Shown here: in pieces, positions 47,062-56,678 of the stretch
Layout: every line of letters begins with the position of its first letter
Position numbering within the stretch: the stretch's first letter is position 1
Source of the DNA: a virus
Taxonomy: Duplodnaviria > Caudoviricetes
Strand: one strand, 5' to 3'
Length of the DNA: 58,434 nt
Virus record (IMG/VR): IMGVR_UViG_3300035193_000026
Location: 1-58,434 of that record
Notes under the pieces: model-generated
Databases searched by the model: none
Told to the model about the DNA's origin: nothing
The model's input: the letters and a program-made list of their open reading frames with translations, nothing else
Translations under genes and position numbers: made by a program

Positions 47062-48736
47062 AATTAACATGCTTGAATATGCTTTAAGATACAAGAATGA
47101 GTTCGGATTTTCTGTTATTCCTGTGAAAGGTAAATCTGGTCATTTAGTACAATGGAGTGAATATCAACATGAAAAGCCATCTGAAGATCAAATTAAAGAA
47201 TGGTGGAATAAATGGCCTGATTCTAATATTGGAATAATAACAGGTGCAATATCGGGTATAACGGTTATTGATATAGATTCGTATAAGCTTAGTGATGAAG
47301 ATTTTGAAGCAGTTAATAAAGCCTTTCCTGATGATTTTGCAACGGCAACAGCATTATCCGGTTCTGGTGGGCAGCATAGGTATTTTGCTTATGATCCAGA
47401 CGTTCCGACTCGAAATGATATAATGAAGGGAGTAGATATTAAAAATGATGGAGGAGTAATCATTGCCCCTCCATCTAAAAATGAAAATGGAACTTATCAA
47501 TGGCTTAAATCAAAAAAAATATCAGTGGTTCCACCTCGCGCCTTTCCAGATTTTTATAAAGAAAGCATTAATAATAGTATTAATTCATTATCTTTATATA
47601 TAGGTGCGCAAGAATCTAACTCACATGAACTAACAAACCTAACAAAAACTAACATTTATTATAAGCCAGGCCGAAGGGATGATGATTTATTTCATGCAGC
47701 AAATTGCCTGATTAAAGGTGGGTCTGACCCTCAGTTTGCTAGACAAACCCTTGAATTAATTGCTAATAATCTTGGAAAAGAATTTACCCCAAAGGTTGTA
47801 AATGATAAAATAAACAGCGTTTTAAAGAGAGTTGGACGCCAAGATATAAATATTGCTGATGAATTCCGGACGTGGGTTGAACTAACAGAAGGTAACTTTA
47901 ACCTAACACAATGCTCACATGAACTAACATTAACTAACAAAAACCAAAAACAAGCTTTATATATGGCTTGTAAGCGTCTTTGCGATGAGGGAATAATTGA
48001 AAAATATGGAGATAAAAGAGGTGTTTATAGGAGAGTAGAACAAACTGTATATGAAGATTGGATAAATGCCGATTATGATGCAATTAAATTAAACCTCCCA
48101 TTTGGCTTAGGTCAATATGTAGATATATTTCCCGGTGATCTCATTGTTATAGCTGGAGTTAAAAATGCTGGCAAAACTGCGTTTGCTTTAAACTTTATAA
48201 AATTGAATATGAATGAATGGGATAGTTATTATCATTCTTCAGAATTGGTAAAACAGACGTTTAAGTTAAGGGTATCTAAGGATGAGGACAATAATCTTCA
48301 GGATTGGTCTAAAGTAAAAATGACTCAAGGATTAAATATGTCAAATGCGAAGGACAGAGTTGTGAAAGATGCATTAAATGTATTTGATTATATAGAGGGT
48401 GACGATGGTGAATTTTATAAAATTCCGGCAGCAATGGCTAGAATACATAGGGCGTTGGGTGATGGAATAGGGGTTGTATGTTTACAAAAACCATCTACTA
48501 GAGATTTTGCCAGAGGAGGCGAAGGGACCAAAGATAAAGCTGCCCTTTATTTAACCATTGATAAAGAATATCCATATCATGTTTGCAGAGTGAACGAGTG
48601 TAAAACATTTAAGGAAAAAGTAGGCAATCCAACAGGTTATATAATCAGATATAAGGTAAAGGATGGTATAAATTTATATTCAGAAGGTGTTTTAATGCCT
48701 GAGATTGATAAAAAATATCAAGGATTAGTGAAATGA
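47051..48736 (+). CDS. bifunctional primase-polymerase (Prim-Pol) fused to P-loop helicase
   Basis: SVIPV, W...P..NIGI.TG..SG..V.DID, G.H.YF, D.K..GG.IIAPPS; AGVKNAGKT Walker A; FDY Walker B. Confidence 0.88.
   Translation: MESKINMLEYALRYKNEFGFSVIPVKGKSGHLVQWSEYQHEKPSEDQIKEWWNKWPDSNIGIITGAISGITVIDIDSYKLSDEDFEAVNKAFPDDFATATALSGSGGQHRYFAYDPDVPTRNDIMKGVDIKNDGGVIIAPPSKNENGTYQWLKSKKISVVPPRAFPDFYKESINNSINSLSLYIGAQESNSHELTNLTKTNIYYKPGRRDDDLFHAANCLIKGGSDPQFARQTLELIANNLGKEFTPKVVNDKINSVLKRVGRQDINIADEFRTWVELTEGNFNLTQCSHELTLTNKNQKQALYMACKRLCDEGIIEKYGDKRGVYRRVEQTVYEDWINADYDAIKLNLPFGLGQYVDIFPGDLIVIAGVKNAGKTAFALNFIKLNMNEWDSYYHSSELVKQTFKLRVSKDEDNNLQDWSKVKMTQGLNMSNAKDRVVKDALNVFDYIEGDDGEFYKIPAAMARIHRALGDGIGVVCLQKPSTRDFARGGEGTKDKAALYLTIDKEYPYHVCRVNECKTFKEKVGNPTGYIIRYKVKDGINLYSEGVLMPEIDKKYQGLVK
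47616..47938 (+). repeat. CTAAC repeat clusters and duplicated CTCACATGAACTAACA (putative replication origin)
   Basis: CTAAC at 47616, 47630, 47639, 47649, 47882, 47903, 47924, 47934; 16-mer at 47620 and 47914. Confidence 0.65.
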
Positions 48737-48984
48737 TAAAATATAATCACGACAAAAAGGAATGGGAAGGTTTAACAGTCGAATATATTAAATCACTTGA
48801 ATCTGCATATCCTATGGTAGATGTAGTGAGAGAATTACAATATAGAATGCCATTATGGATAAATAATGCTGGAAAAAAAGGTAAAAAGAAAAAATGGGAG
48901 AGGTTTATAACTAATTGGTTATCCCGACAACAGGCCAGAAAAGAAGAAGTTAATCAATTGGGTTTAGATTTCAGACGATCTTAA
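48733..48984 (+). CDS. replication-associated protein (replisome-organiser C-terminal-like)
   Basis: YP.VDV..EL..M..W...KK.W.RFI.NWLSR.Q. Confidence 0.6.
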   Translation: MIKYNHDKKEWEGLTVEYIKSLESAYPMVDVVRELQYRMPLWINNAGKKGKKKKWERFITNWLSRQQARKEEVNQLGLDFRRS

Positions 48985-49006
48985 CATGAATATAGGGAGA
49001 TAAAAT

Positions 49007-49567
49007 ATGAAAACCGGAACAAAAAGCCTGTTATTTGGAGTTCATCAATTTATATGGCATCCTATCACTGTATATATTGCATGGATATGGATTAATAAAT
49101 CACTTCCCAACTGGAAGGAAACAGTATGTATTATTATCCATGACTGGGGATATTGGGGAAAGGACAATATGGACGATGAAGAAGGTGAAAAACATCCCGA
49201 GTGGGCAGCAAACTGGGCAAGGAAACATCTTGATATACATATCAAGAATTGGTTTTATCCAAAACAAAATGAATACTATGAATTGTGTCTTTTCCATTCC
49301 AGACACCTTGCAAGATATTACAATGCTAAACCATCTAGGCTATGTTGGCCTGATAAATTAAGCATAATATTTGAACCTTGGTGGCTATATCTTCCGAGAG
49401 CATGGGCAACCGGTGAACTTTATGAGTACAGAGAGCAGGCAAAAGCTTTTATTCCGTTATCTGCAAGTCATAGAGAGTGGTTTAAGTGGGTAAAAAATAG
49501 ACTAGCCACACTTGGTATAGAAAAACGTGGCGATGTTGTACCATATGTAAACAAAATTCATGATTAA
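49007..49567 (+). CDS. HD-like putative metal-dependent phosphohydrolase
   Basis: H..HP, IHDWG, GEKH, FHSR, PDK. Confidence 0.5.
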   Translation: MKTGTKSLLFGVHQFIWHPITVYIAWIWINKSLPNWKETVCIIIHDWGYWGKDNMDDEEGEKHPEWAANWARKHLDIHIKNWFYPKQNEYYELCLFHSRHLARYYNAKPSRLCWPDKLSIIFEPWWLYLPRAWATGELYEYREQAKAFIPLSASHREWFKWVKNRLATLGIEKRGDVVPYVNKIHD

Positions 49568-49607
49568 AATAAATATAACATGTGTATAAAACAAAAGGAG
49601 ATATAAA

Positions 49608-49997
49608 ATGATAAACAAGGCCATATTACTCGGAAACCTCGGAGCAGACCCAGAAGTCAGGTATGCCCCATCGGGAACTGCTATTGTAAATTTTACTGTT
49701 GCAACTACAGAAACTTACAAAGATAAAAAAGAAACAAGTTGGCATAAAGTAAAAGCATTCGGCAAACTGGCAGAAATATGTGAAAAATATTTGCATAAAG
49801 GAAAACAGGTATACATTGAAGGCCGGATACAATATGGATCATATGAAGATAGGCAGGGAATAAAACGATACACCACTGATATTATAGCAAGTACAATGCA
49901 GATGTTGGGATCGAAAAATGACACTTCTGGCCGCATGAATGAACGCCCGCCTATTGAAGAGCCTTTATCTATTCCTGACGAACAAATTCCTTTTTAA
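49608..49997 (+). CDS. ssb: single-stranded DNA-binding protein
   Basis: NK.IL.GNLG.DPE.RY, WH.V..FGKLAE, KGKQVYIEGR, C-terminal IPF. Confidence 0.97.
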   Translation: MINKAILLGNLGADPEVRYAPSGTAIVNFTVATTETYKDKKETSWHKVKAFGKLAEICEKYLHKGKQVYIEGRIQYGSYEDRQGIKRYTTDIIASTMQMLGSKNDTSGRMNERPPIEEPLSIPDEQIPF

Positions 49998-50067
49998 AAT
50001 GGGATATAACCTTGACAGTTCCTTTTTAAATTGCTAATATATTGAAATAAATTAGAAAGGGGTTGTT

Positions 50068-50550
50068 ATGGATAAAAAAGTATGTTTCAAATGTGGTGAA
50101 GAGAAGAGCTTATCTGAATTTTATAAACACAAAGAGATGGCAGATGGATATCTAAATAAATGCAAGGAATGTAACAAAAAAGATGTCCAAAAAAATTATA
50201 GGGAAAATATAGATCATTACAAGGCGTACGAACAAAATAGGGCTATGTTACCACATAGGGTCAAAGCTCGTGAGAAATACAGAAAAACAAAAGAGGGAAA
50301 AGATGCTATCCAAAGGGCTCGTAAAAAATATAAGAATAATAATCAAATTAAATACCATGCAACATGTATATTAAATAATGCAGTCAGAGATGGGAAAATC
50401 AAAAAGCAACCCTGTGAGATATGTGGTTCTACTTATAGAATACATGGACACCATGATGATTATTACAAGCCTTTAGAAGTTAAATGGCTATGCTCAAAGC
50501 ATCATAGGAAAATTCATAAAGATAGCAAGGATAATATATGCCTAAATTAA
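50068..50550 (+). CDS. HNH-like endonuclease with N-terminal zinc finger
   Basis: CFKC..EK.L.EFY, CKEC, PCEICG...HGHHDDY.KPL.V.WLC..HH; own TTGACA-17-TAATAT promoter at 50012. Confidence 0.8.
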   Translation: MDKKVCFKCGEEKSLSEFYKHKEMADGYLNKCKECNKKDVQKNYRENIDHYKAYEQNRAMLPHRVKAREKYRKTKEGKDAIQRARKKYKNNNQIKYHATCILNNAVRDGKIKKQPCEICGSTYRIHGHHDDYYKPLEVKWLCSKHHRKIHKDSKDNICLN

Positions 50551-51005
50551 AATACAGAGCATGGACGGATGAAGAGAAGCAGATTGTAATAGATAACGCC
50601 AGATATACCCCTGAAAATATCCAAAGGAAATTAAAAAAGAAGGGATATAGGAGGGGTTTAAGCTATATCAGGGCACAATTATACAGACTGAGGGCTCGAA
50701 AAAACATGAAAGGCCAGACAGCCCGACAATTAGCTGAATGTTTTGGTGTAGATGAAACCACTATAACCAGATGGATCAGAAATGGATATTTAGAGGCAAA
50801 AAGAAGGGAAACAGCTGTATCTCCATGGTATATTATAAACCGAAATATAATAGACTTTGTAAAATCATATCCTCATCTTATTAATTTGAAAAAGGTTGAT
50901 CCTGATTGGTTTATTGATTTAGCCTTTGGTGGGAAGGAAGGTTTAGGGGCTCTGGAAACAGGAGATTCAGTCGGTGAAGGTGACGATTTTATGGAGTATA
51001 TTTAA
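50538..51005 (+). CDS. HTH DNA-binding protein
   Basis: WTDEE Myb-like start; TARQLAECFGVDETTITRWIRNGYL. Confidence 0.7.
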   Translation: MPKLKYRAWTDEEKQIVIDNARYTPENIQRKLKKKGYRRGLSYIRAQLYRLRARKNMKGQTARQLAECFGVDETTITRWIRNGYLEAKRRETAVSPWYIINRNIIDFVKSYPHLINLKKVDPDWFIDLAFGGKEGLGALETGDSVGEGDDFMEYI

Positions 51006-51017
51006 GGGAGGTAAACC

Positions 51018-51230
51018 ATGAAAGAGATAAAAGAAGGAATAACAATCCCGGAAGAACTGAGGGAAATATTTTTGAAATATGCTGAATATCTATTGTATGA
51101 AACAGGATTTAATAAGCATGATAGGCTAATATATGATATATTTAAGGATATATCACATACAAGGGAAATAACCGACAAAGAAAAAGAACTCTTTAATCTA
51201 TTAGAAACAATTACAAAGGAGAAACCATGA
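51018..51230 (+). CDS. hypothetical protein
   Basis: GGAGG RBS. Confidence 0.6.
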   Translation: MKEIKEGITIPEELREIFLKYAEYLLYETGFNKHDRLIYDIFKDISHTREITDKEKELFNLLETITKEKP

Positions 51231-52006
51231 AATACATATGTGATAAAGCAAGGGAGTGTAAAGCGATAGATTTTTGGTGTAAAACCCCGTTTGAAACAAA
51301 ACATAAAGAGTCATTTACATGGAAAGCTTGTGATAATCATAATGTCAACCCAATATATTGGCAAGTAAAAGCCATACCCTGTGAGGAGATAGAATATAAT
51401 AATAAATCATTTGAATTATGTCCTCATGGTATGCGAACACCCGATGGATATACAAATATAACCCTTGATGGTTGTTATTGTGGTAACATGGGTAAAGAAG
51501 AAAATTGCAAATACTGCTATGGACATGACAAAGAAAATAAAAAGATTTATTGCACATACAAACATTTTAATCCGGAGGTAAAAATGGAATACAAGATAAA
51601 AAAAATAGCAACCATGGTAAATATGGAAGAAAAAAGACCATGCAGGGATGATTTTAGAGGTGCCTGCCAGGAATGGCTTGATATGGATTATAGATTAAAT
51701 GATCCTATTGATTTAGGTGATCTAATATTGGTTGCCGAAAAATACAATGGGATACAATGGCTTATAGACCACGGTTTTATTGAAAAAGTAGAAGAAGAGT
51801 TTTATAGTAGAGGAGATAGGTTTGAAGAAAGCACTGGATGGAAATATATTTTATGTGAGGTTACACACCATAAAATGATGCTTTTTAATGTAAAAACAGG
51901 ATGCAGATGGAACGAAAAAATGCTTAATGTAAGACTAGTTAAAAAAATCCCAGCCTCTGACTTCCACGCCCGTTTCGGAGATAACTTTAAGAAAATAAAG
52001 GAGTAG
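51227..52006 (+). CDS. hypothetical Cys-rich protein
   Basis: 259-aa ORF; internal GGAGG-ATG suggests a fusion of two modules. Confidence 0.6.
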   Translation: MKYICDKARECKAIDFWCKTPFETKHKESFTWKACDNHNVNPIYWQVKAIPCEEIEYNNKSFELCPHGMRTPDGYTNITLDGCYCGNMGKEENCKYCYGHDKENKKIYCTYKHFNPEVKMEYKIKKIATMVNMEEKRPCRDDFRGACQEWLDMDYRLNDPIDLGDLILVAEKYNGIQWLIDHGFIEKVEEEFYSRGDRFEESTGWKYILCEVTHHKMMLFNVKTGCRWNEKMLNVRLVKKIPASDFHARFGDNFKKIKE

Positions 52007-52008
52007 CT

Positions 52009-52482
52009 ATGATATTTGCAATAGACCCAGGAAATGAACAATCTGCTTTTGTTGCTTGGAATGGTCAAATTATAGCAAAAGGGATCGAATACAACAGGGA
52101 GTTATTAAGAAAAATAAAATCAAAGGATATTTTGTCATCGGATTACACTTTAGTAATTGAAATGATAGCATCTTACGGTATGCCTGTAGGCGCAACGGTA
52201 TTTGACACCTGTGTTTGGATAGGAAGATTTTTAGAGGCATGGGATAACAGAGGATTAAGATTTTTAAGTGAATTAATATATCGAAAAGATGTAAAAATGC
52301 ACCTGTGCCAAAGCATGAAGGCCAAAGACAGTAATATCCGCCAGGCATTAATTGATCGATTCGGAAAACCTGGAACTAAAAAACATCCCAATATTATATA
52401 TGACGATGCAAAGATTAAAATGAAAAAGGACTTATGGGCAGCTCTGGCGGTAGCTGTAACATTTGAGGATTTATCGAAATAA
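52009..52482 (+). CDS. RuvC-like Holliday junction resolvase
   Basis: AIDPG..SA, VIEM..SYGM.VG, D.WAALAVA. Confidence 0.8.
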   Translation: MIFAIDPGNEQSAFVAWNGQIIAKGIEYNRELLRKIKSKDILSSDYTLVIEMIASYGMPVGATVFDTCVWIGRFLEAWDNRGLRFLSELIYRKDVKMHLCQSMKAKDSNIRQALIDRFGKPGTKKHPNIIYDDAKIKMKKDLWAALAVAVTFEDLSK

Positions 52483-52777
52483 TGGAGGGATGAAATGGAT
52501 TTAGATTATAAAGATTATATTAGCAGAAAATCTTTTATAGAACAAACCGCTAAAGATTACGATCTGGATTATGACGTGGTTAATCATATTTATGTTTTAT
52601 ACTGGCCTGAAAGGTTTTATAAAAAATTAGAGGAAATAATAGAAAACGGTGGTTATATACACGCTTAAAAACTATTCAAAATAATGTTTGACAATAAAAT
52701 ATAAAATATGATAGACTATGCACGTTTAACAACTTAACTCTAGATACCCCGAGAACGGGAAGAGATCAGGAGCGTAA

Positions 52778-53020
52778 TTGAGTACCAGCAATCAGCGCCG
52801 GAAAAGGCGCCAATTTGTTATTAAAGCGCATGAAAAAGCATCACGTCAAGCTCTTTTAGACATGCAGCCGGAAGAAACTACATGGAAAATAGTCAATAAT
52901 ATCTTACGGTTTGGCCCTAGATATGTCGGAGATACTATCATGTATAAACCTGAAGCAATGTCAATTAAATGGGCGCTAATATTTGAACAGCACTCTAAAA
53001 ACCCATATCCAAAGAAATGA
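52778..53020 (+). CDS. hypothetical protein with Arg-rich N-terminus
   Basis: AGGAG RBS and TTG start; NQRRKRRQ; TTGACA promoter element at 52688. Confidence 0.5.
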   Translation: MSTSNQRRKRRQFVIKAHEKASRQALLDMQPEETTWKIVNNILRFGPRYVGDTIMYKPEAMSIKWALIFEQHSKNPYPKK

Positions 53021-53089
53021 GGTAAAATGTAATGAATAAAAAAGGAGACATGCCATGACGAAATAACTTAATGAAAGGAGTTATAAGTA

Positions 53090-53269
53090 ATGGCAAGAAG
53101 TAGGCGAGGTAAAAACGGTACTAAAAAATATGGGCGTATGGCAAGAAAACCAGCTCATAAAAAGTATAACGCTGAAAAAAGGTGGATTAAAAACAAAGAA
53201 AAACGCCTTAAAAAAGAGCTTAAGAGACAAGAGAGACTTAAAGCTCGAAAACCACTCCAGAACCCTTGA
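53090..53269 (+). CDS. highly basic 59-aa protein, not in ORF track
   Basis: AAGGAG RBS; MARSRRGKNGTKKYGRMARKPAHKKYNAEKRWIKNKEKRLKKELKRQERLKARKPLQNP. Confidence 0.6.
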   Translation: MARSRRGKNGTKKYGRMARKPAHKKYNAEKRWIKNKEKRLKKELKRQERLKARKPLQNP

Positions 53270-53306
53270 ACACCTAAATGATACAATTGCAAGCGGTAAG
53301 GAGTGT

Positions 53307-53362
53307 ACCCCTCCCCTGGTGTATTTACGCTATGCGTTGTATGACTGGGGGAAGGGGTTTTT
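53307..53362 (+). terminator. terminator between convergent operons
   Basis: ACCCCTCCCC...GGGGGAAGGGGT followed by Ts. Confidence 0.55.
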
Positions 53363-53365
53363 AAT

Positions 53366-53731
53366 TTAAGATAATTGATCAATATTATCAGCCATTTTAT
53401 AAAGACATTTATTAAAACCATCATTAAAATGTACAATCACTTGAGTTATTAGGCCGGTTTTATTGCCCTCCAGGTCTATTTCGGCTATATTGTAAATATC
53501 TTTATGATTAAGATAATTATCTAACACAATGTAATATCTATTATCACAACTCGGAAACATTCCATGTGATTGAAATGATATGACATTACCTTTTATGGGG
53601 TAATCAGATAATTGTTCTGGGCAGAATAAAGTAACATTGTGTTTTGTGCCATTAAACTTTTTTAAAAATCTGTTTGTTTCTTTTTCGATATCTGGATTTA
53701 TCGATTCATTATATGTTTTATTTGTACTCAA
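53366..53731 (-). CDS. hypothetical protein
   Basis: GGAGG RBS, TTG start. Confidence 0.65.
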   Translation of the reverse strand: MSTNKTYNESINPDIEKETNRFLKKFNGTKHNVTLFCPEQLSDYPIKGNVISFQSHGMFPSCDNRYYIVLDNYLNHKDIYNIAEIDLEGNKTGLITQVIVHFNDGFNKCLYKMADNIDQLS

Positions 53732-53773
53732 AATTTACCTCCAAAGGTTAAAGGGTTATTAGTTTAGGATATG

Positions 53774-54124
53774 TTAAATAATAATTTGCTTAACTTCTGT
53801 TTGATAATTTTTACAATCCATAAAATTTTTACCTGCGGATTTTAGTAACGCAATTTTCTCAGCGAATTTATCTTTGCTCATGACATACCCAGTCCTAAAA
53901 TAATCAGTTCCACCAAAAAACGCTGAAGTGTAAATCTCTATTTTATAAAGTGTTCCATATGAATCTCTGAAACCTAAATAATAAGGATATCGTGATCTAT
54001 ACGACCTTAATATTTCTTCCCCGAATTCTTTTTCTATTTCGTCAAGAGTGGCGGCAAAGTCAATTTTTGTGATTTTAATTTTACCATCGATTGTGTTTTT
54101 ATATTCTATAATTGTTCTTTTCAT
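53774..54124 (-). CDS. hypothetical protein
   Basis: AGGAG RBS. Confidence 0.65.
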   Translation of the reverse strand: MKRTIIEYKNTIDGKIKITKIDFAATLDEIEKEFGEEILRSYRSRYPYYLGFRDSYGTLYKIEIYTSAFFGGTDYFRTGYVMSKDKFAEKIALLKSAGKNFMDCKNYQTEVKQIII

Positions 54125-54142
54125 GATAATTTTCTCCTATAA

Positions 54143-54427
54143 TTAAAGGGTTAACGATTCAGCAATTTTGCTGTTAATTTCATCTTTGTGAATATCTCCG
54201 CACTTATCACAGTAAGCATTTGGCCGTTCAATTGGTGATAAGGTAATAAATATTTCACAGAACTTGCAGTAAACCGGATATCCAGTTCTTTCATGGTATT
54301 CTGTTCGGCCTTGTTCTTCTTGAGAGATAATAAGTTTTGCCATATCTCCCAGGGAAAAGTTTGTAACGTTTTGAATAGCACAATCTTTACGGTTATTTGG
54401 ATTGTAGAATATTGCTTCTGTTATCAT
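54143..54427 (-). CDS. zinc-finger hypothetical protein
   Basis: CKFC...CDKCG; GGAGG RBS. Confidence 0.6.
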   Translation of the reverse strand: MITEAIFYNPNNRKDCAIQNVTNFSLGDMAKLIISQEEQGRTEYHERTGYPVYCKFCEIFITLSPIERPNAYCDKCGDIHKDEINSKIAESLTL

Positions 54428-54652
54428 GGTTTATACCTCCCAGATAGGTCTAAATAATTAACGGTAATAAGGCCATAAACGCGAACCCTATTAAAAAGAA
54501 CAATAAGTTTATTGATTTTCTATACATGGTTTATACCTCCGTTGCTTTATTGATAGCGTTAATAGCTTTATCATAGCAAGGCCATCCAGGTTTAGTTCCA
54601 TCGGTTTCGAGTTGTTTAACGCATTCTTTTAACGCTTCTAATAAATCAGAAT

Positions 54653-55147
54653 TTATTTGGCATATCTGGCAATGTTGCCTAATTTGTTTAGGTTTAGTTT
54701 TTTTGCTCGATCTGATCGTTTCTTGCGTTCTTCTTTGGTTAAGCATAGTTTATACCCTTTCTTATAAAGTTTGTTATTATTTGTTACGGTAGTATGTTTC
54801 CCATGTTTAATTAATTGGAGATTTTCAATCCTATTATCTTGTTTGTCACCATTAATGTGGTGAACATCATAATCTTTTGAAATTGGATGGCCTAAATGTT
54901 GTTCCATAATCCAACGATGTAGTTTTTTATAAACTTTTTTACCATTAATTGTAACTCTACCTTCTATGTAACCTTTGGAGTTTATCCACCATGATTCTTG
55001 TTTTTTATTGTGGCCTCCATTGTTTTTCCACGCACATTGACGTGAACAATATTTTGATGATTTTCGCAATGGCCTAAATTGTTTGCCGCATTCATGGCAA
55101 TAACGGTCAGCAAGTTTTCTGTTTTCTCTACCTAATGTGTCTTTCAT
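54653..55147 (-). CDS. HNH homing endonuclease
   Basis: C.ECGK.F...KYCSR.C; HRWIME..LG......VHHINGDK.DNRIENL. Confidence 0.9.
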   Translation of the reverse strand: MKDTLGRENRKLADRYCHECGKQFRPLRKSSKYCSRQCAWKNNGGHNKKQESWWINSKGYIEGRVTINGKKVYKKLHRWIMEQHLGHPISKDYDVHHINGDKQDNRIENLQLIKHGKHTTVTNNNKLYKKGYKLCLTKEERKKRSDRAKKLNLNKLGNIARYAK

Positions 55148-55191
55148 TTTTTATTCTCCTGTTATGGTTTTATCCAATAGTAACAGGATTG

Positions 55192-55470
55192 TTACAATAA
55201 GTCAAGAGTCTCAAGAAGATTTTTTGCTTTTAAATCACCTTTTTTTGCTTTAGTTAAAATAAATTCATACATTGTCGGGGCAGCGGCTATTAATTTTGCA
55301 TTGGCTTCGCATTCTTTTTGACTATGATGCCCTGTGTTTGTATCGCAAATGAAATTCTCAAAGGCAGCTCTGGTCAAAGGTTGGTTACTGCCCGTCCAAT
55401 TTGTTATAACTACTGTAGACGCTTTTTTATTATCAGTTAATATTGTCCATGGTCCTTTGGTATATGACAT
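55192..55470 (-). CDS. phage protein (TPGPW...ANARLIAAAP-type family)
   Basis: YTKGPW...EANAKLIAAAP. Confidence 0.7.
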   Translation of the reverse strand: MSYTKGPWTILTDNKKASTVVITNWTGSNQPLTRAAFENFICDTNTGHHSQKECEANAKLIAAAPTMYEFILTKAKKGDLKAKNLLETLDLL

Positions 55471-55549
55471 AATTACCTCCGAGTTTTAAAGTAAATAAAA
55501 ACTAAAATCTCAATTACCGCAAAATGATTAGTGTTGTTGTTGACATGAT

Positions 55550-55831
55550 TTACTTCTTATTGTTTAAAGGTTTATCGGATTCTCTTTCTGCTGTTAACTG
55601 TCGTCTACGCCAGAGCGGTAAATTAGAATTTAACAGATCGTTGATAAATTCTTGGCTCATGTAGTATGGTAAAGTACTAATAAAATCTTTTGCTTTATGA
55701 AGATCGTCAAAAACCTGTATATTTTTACCTGAGTCATCGTCTACAAAGTATTCTATTTTATGACATCCAGGTGTTTGCGGGATAGATACTCTGTCTATTT
55801 TGTAGCCTTTGCGTTTATAAATAATAGTCAT
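55550..55831 (-). CDS. hypothetical protein
   Basis: AAGGAG RBS within the repeat unit. Confidence 0.65.
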   Translation of the reverse strand: MTIIYKRKGYKIDRVSIPQTPGCHKIEYFVDDDSGKNIQVFDDLHKAKDFISTLPYYMSQEFINDLLNSNLPLWRRRQLTAERESDKPLNNKK

Positions 55832-55861
55832 GATTTTATCTCCTTTATAAGGTCTGAGAGA

Positions 55862-56062
55862 TTAGTTATCATGTTCGTCGGGATGAATACAATAAATAAT
55901 GTTAGAATGATCATTAATGCAAGGAAAACATAATTCCCCGGGGTCTAACCAATGTAGTTGAGATCCGCATTTGGGACAATTTGTCATATTGTCAGGATAA
56001 ATTAATTCCGTCTCACAAAATTGGCATAGGTTACGCTTTTTAGTGTTGGGATGCTGCAACAT
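55862..56062 (-). CDS. Cys-rich hypothetical protein
   Basis: CQFC, CPKCG. Confidence 0.6.
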   Translation of the reverse strand: MLQHPNTKKRNLCQFCETELIYPDNMTNCPKCGSQLHWLDPGELCFPCINDHSNIIYCIHPDEHDN

Positions 56063-56139
56063 TGATTTACTCCTTTATAAGAGGTTAATAGATTAATCCT
56101 TCCATAAAGCCCCTGAATGGTCAGGAGCTTTAGCAGGGA

Positions 56140-56448
56140 TTAAAGACCGGTATAATCCAAGGTATATTTATTGTCATCAATATTAATATTGCGCAGTGCA
56201 TCAATAGGTATAAGTTGACCTTCGCCCCATGGTAGCCAGACACAATCGTCGCATACGTCAATACCTTGCAGGCTATTACGTCCATTATGATAAGCGTTAT
56301 TAACGGCTGACATTACAAGCCCTAATTCATGGCCTGTTAATCTGTCAAATAATTCTGACGGTATTTGAGATTGCACATGTTTAATTGTTTGATGCCCGTC
56401 AAAACCATCGTAAGCGTCATACATTCTTTTTATTTTGTCTGATCTCAT
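56140..56448 (-). CDS. hypothetical protein
   Basis: AAGGAG RBS within the repeat unit. Confidence 0.65.
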   Translation of the reverse strand: MRSDKIKRMYDAYDGFDGHQTIKHVQSQIPSELFDRLTGHELGLVMSAVNNAYHNGRNSLQGIDVCDDCVWLPWGEGQLIPIDALRNINIDDNKYTLDYTGL

Positions 56449-56468
56449 GATTTTATCTCCTTTATAAG

Positions 56469-56630
56469 TTAAGCATTGTTGGATAGTACTTCATTTATTG
56501 ATTGTTCACATTGATTATCAAAGAATTCATCGGCACAAATATTACAGTATTTCTTATTATCAATAGTAGGCATATTATCAATATAATCTAATTCTTTACA
56601 ATTTGAGCATTCTTTTATGCGTGTTTCCAT
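56469..56630 (-). CDS. zinc-finger micro-protein, 53 aa, not in ORF track
   Basis: METRIKECSNC...YCNIC; AAGGAG RBS. Confidence 0.6.
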   Translation of the reverse strand: METRIKECSNCKELDYIDNMPTIDNKKYCNICADEFFDNQCEQSINEVLSNNA

Positions 56631-56678
56631 GATTTTTCTCCTTATAAGAGGTTATTGTCTCGATCTACTAGTCATAGA

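Noticed and set aside
53130-53369. ORF-track 79-aa protein
   Set aside because: Lacks an RBS and runs through the terminator; the overlapping frame 53090-53269 has a good RBS
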